Source: Anaerolineales bacterium (GTDB lineage: Bacteria > Chloroflexota > Anaerolineae > Anaerolineales > E44-bin32). From it: 64,000 nt of DNA. Where the stretch lies: positions 4,408-68,407 of the forward strand of contig DAOUDW010000087.1 in assembly GCA_034430895.1 (NCBI GenBank), given 5' to 3'. Under the pieces are notes generated by a model. That model saw only the letters and a list, made by a program, of their open reading frames with translations. It was not told where the DNA came from and did not search any database. Below are positions 63,278 through 64,000 of this stretch, in pieces; position 1 is the stretch's first letter; every line of letters starts with the position of its first letter. Both the position numbers and the translations under genes were made by a program.

Positions 63278-64000
63278 GCCCTGCGACGCTTCTCCATGGT
63301 TCTCCGTTTGATCTCTTCTCTCCGATCCAGCACCTCCTTTTCACGGCCAAAATAGACATCGGCTGGCGTCAAATTGTCCAGCGCTTCATGATATCGACCA
63401 TTGTTGTAGTAGTCCACGAACGCCGCTATGGCGTTATTCAGGTCCGATGGAGAGTAGTAGTTCTCCAGCAGGACGACATTTTTCATCGAACGATGCCAAC
63501 GCTCGATCTTGCCCTGCGTCATCGGATGATATGGAGCACCGCGCACATGATCCATATGCTTGCGTTTGAGAAACCGCTCCAGATCTTTCGAAAGATAGGC
63601 TGGACCGTTGTCCGAGAGCAAACGCGGCCGGTGCCGCACACGGGCTGTTTCCAGCCCAGTTCGCTCAAGCGCCAGCTTCAAGGTTTCTTCGACGTCTTCT
63701 GCTCCCATGCTGGACGACAGCCTCCAGGCGATGATGTAGCGGGAGTAATCGTCCAGGACGGTGGACAGGTAATACCAGCCCCAGTGATTGAAAACCTTGA
63801 AATGGGTGAAATCGGTCTGCCACAGTTCATGCACCCGCCGAGTGGGTTTCTCGAACTTCTCCCGGGCGGGCACCATCTGGAACACCGGGCTCTGGATCAA
63901 GTCAAAGCTCTTCAGAATGCGGTATACGCTGGATTCCGAGACGAAATAGCCCTGCAGATCGGTGAATAGCCAGGCGATCTGCCTTGGAGATTTCTCCGGA
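63241..64000 (-). mobile_element. rve-type DDE transposase gene (IS3/IS481-like), 5' end beyond the window
   Basis: WQTDFTHF, LSTVLDDYSR and LLSDNGPAY...YHPMTQGKIERWH (D, D, E region). The frame stays open to nt 64000 (…SPRQIAWLFTDLQGYFVSESSVYRILKSFDL). Confidence 0.85.

Noticed and set aside
1-64000. CRISPR arrays, rRNA genes, complete tRNA genes
   Set aside because: No regularly spaced 25-40-nt direct repeats with unique spacers were seen. The iteron units have variable repeats and only three copies each. No rRNA-like conserved blocks were found.

Overview
The window is 64 kb of bacterial chromosome. GC-rich housekeeping blocks alternate with visibly AT-richer accessory blocks. The protein repertoire (Flp pilin, A24 prepilin peptidase, PTPSPT-linker lipoproteins, giant YD-repeat protein) suggests a Chloroflexota/Anaerolineae-like organism, but this is inference only.

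Main content, in order:
- 1-9.4 kb: a co-oriented cluster of a VirD4/TraD-like ATPase, then DUF192, a Cas4-like nuclease, a histidine kinase, a response regulator, a DnaB-C/KaiC-like ATPase, a prepilin peptidase and an SH3b-like lipoprotein.
- 9.6-12.7 kb: two paralogous PD40 beta-propeller lipoproteins flanked by duplicated SH3b-like modules and a duplicated 5' leader.
- 12.9-14.9 kb: a SAM methyltransferase and an FGE/SUMF1-domain lipoprotein.
- 15-21 kb, minus strand: a 1020-aa bitopic surface protein followed by a triplicated cassette of about 1.1 kb. Each unit holds an orphan copy of that gene's 3' end, a polytopic membrane protein and a 50-codon microprotein that the ORF track does not list.
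- 21.8-28.6 kb: a serine hydrolase, then a Fur plus iron-type ABC importer module bracketed by two copies of a 73-aa Cys4 protein gene.
- 28.7-39 kb: housekeeping genes (kbl-like, GIY-YIG, tyrA-like, HD, M50, DUF951, an unlisted Flp pilin, EthD, YbaK, M23, AAC(3)-like, metG, PCD).
- 39.8-54.3 kb: a gene of about 4,810 codons for an Rhs/YD-repeat polymorphic-toxin-like protein. Its shell is interrupted by 12 tandem 83-aa Cys-pair repeats, and it ends in an AT-rich papain-like (Cys...His) tip.
- 54.3-62.3 kb: an AT-rich island bounded by direct iteron-containing repeat units of about 175 bp. It carries a patatin-like phospholipase, a DUF4145/HEPN-like ORF, a CcrM/HinfI-type methyltransferase operon with two uncharacterised partners, and a wHTH-nuclease-like gene.
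- 62.3-64 kb: an orphan Rhs core-tip cassette cut by an rve-type IS.

A short interspersed repeat family marks the edges of most accessory modules. I found no rRNA, no complete tRNA and no CRISPR array.

The best candidates for something undescribed are the Rhs locus with its repeat-bounded defence-like island, and the triplicated membrane-protein/microprotein cassette.
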